This document shows, in pieces, positions 62,931 through 64,000 of a stretch of DNA of 64,000 nucleotides. The notes beneath the pieces were generated by a model that worked only from the letters and a program-made list of their open reading frames with translations, ran no database searches and had not been told where the DNA came from. Every line of letters starts with the position of its first letter. The stretch's first letter is position 1. The DNA is from Leptospira sp. Lineage in GTDB: Bacteria > Spirochaetota > Leptospiria > Leptospirales > Leptospiraceae. The stretch lies in contig JAWXAQ010000005.1 of NCBI GenBank assembly GCA_034439575.1, positions 1 to 64,000 on the forward strand, written 5' to 3'. The position numbers and the translations under genes are program-made.

Positions 62931-62951
62931 TTCACTGCCGCCTAGCGCGCG

Positions 62952-63935
62952 TTACGCCAGCATTCCTTTAACTTCTTCTCTCTCTTCTTGTAGTTCCTTA
63001 TGTGTAATGTCGAATTTTTCTTTTCCGAATGCATTGATCTCAAGTCCTGATACGATTTCAACTTTCTTTCCATCTGAACGAAGCGGATATCCAAAGATAA
63101 GACCCTTATCTACTCCGTATTCACCGTTCGAATGGCATGCGGCACTAAACCAATCCCCAGCCTTCGTTGGCGTAACGATATTATGAACCGTATCCACTAC
63201 GGCATTGGCGGCCGATGCAGCTGAAGAGGCACCACGGGCTGCGATGATAGCCGCACCGCGTTTTTGAACTGTAGAAATAAATTCACCTCTCAACCACTCT
63301 TGGTCAGAAATCGCATCCGTAGCAGGTTTTCCTTTTACTTTTGCATTATAAAAATCAGGGTATTGTGTTGCAGAATGATTTCCCCAAATGGCAACATTGG
63401 AAACATCTTTAACTAAAACTCCCGCTTTCTGAGCTAATTGGGTTTTAGCACGATTTTCATCAAGACCTGTCATCGCAAACCATCTGTCAGACGGGATACC
63501 TTTTGCATTGTTCATTGCAATCAGAGCATTCGTATTACAAGGGTTACCTACAACTAAAACTCTGACATCACTATTAGCATTTTTTTCAATGGCTTTTCCT
63601 TGGGTTGTAAAAATACCACCATTGATTTTTAATAAGTCCCCGCGTTCCATACCTGCTTTTCTTGGTACGGAACCAACTAGAAGTGCCCAATTGATGTCCT
63701 TGAATGCTTCGTCGATATTGGAAGAAACAGATACTTTTTGCAATAATGGAAATGCACAATCGTCCAATTCCATGATCACTCCTTTTGCGGCTGGAACAGC
63801 TTGCTCTAATTCGAGTAACTGAAGTTCAACGGCCGTATCAGGTCCAAACATTTGGCCCGAAGCAATTCTAAAAAGAAGTGCATATCCAATTTGACCTGCT
63901 GCACCTGTAACTGCTACTTTAACAGTATTTCCCAT
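62952..63935 (-). CDS. mdh: Malate dehydrogenase
   Basis: [31 protein letters not shown]. Confidence 0.96.
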   Translation of the reverse strand: MGNTVKVAVTGAAGQIGYALLFRIASGQMFGPDTAVELQLLELEQAVPAAKGVIMELDDCAFPLLQKVSVSSNIDEAFKDINWALLVGSVPRKAGMERGDLLKINGGIFTTQGKAIEKNANSDVRVLVVGNPCNTNALIAMNNAKGIPSDRWFAMTGLDENRAKTQLAQKAGVLVKDVSNVAIWGNHSATQYPDFYNAKVKGKPATDAISDQEWLRGEFISTVQKRGAAIIAARGASSAASAANAVVDTVHNIVTPTKAGDWFSAACHSNGEYGVDKGLIFGYPLRSDGKKVEIVSGLEINAFGKEKFDITHKELQEEREEVKGMLA

Positions 63936-63954
63936 ATATAATATTTCTCCTAAA

Positions 63955-64000
63955 TTATTTGTTTAATTCTTTTTGAATGATCTCATCAAAATTTTCGAAC
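63955..64000 (-). CDS. 3' end of a gene entering from outside the window (…[14 protein letters not shown])
   Basis: Open frame ending in TAA just before the mdh RBS; too short to assign. Confidence 0.4.
   Translation of the reverse strand, partial: FENFDEIIQKELNK

Overview
AT-rich bacterial chromosomal window. Gene content and protein style strongly suggest Leptospira, probably a saprophytic lineage; this is inferred, not database-confirmed. In order: a signalling/trpC/murD block; fliK-flgD-flgE; a complete sulfate-assimilation region (sbp-cysTWA-cysHDN, cysJI, split cysG); a four-gene DNA-damage cassette; a NERD nuclease-ATPase; rnpB; msrB; a haem operon with a tandemly duplicated hemA-hemC pair; hemH, topA, cysK; ktrB, fusA; a LysM/amidohydrolase/cNMP cluster; tRNA-Arg(CCT), prmC, MarR plus hydrolase, and mdh. 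The best candidate for an under-described system is the cassette at 26026-29766: an inactivated RadA-like protein, a small MGRT-type helical partner, an archaeal PolB2-like B-family polymerase and an SRAP/HMCES abasic-site protector, the last two ending in beta-clamp-binding-like motifs. Other notable signals: topA can only be full length if it starts at ATC; trpC may start at ACG; the two hemA-hemC copies look reciprocally degenerate, with a HemR-type box only before the second. No CRISPR array, IS element, rRNA or prophage was recognised. All family assignments come from motif recognition by eye, without searches.
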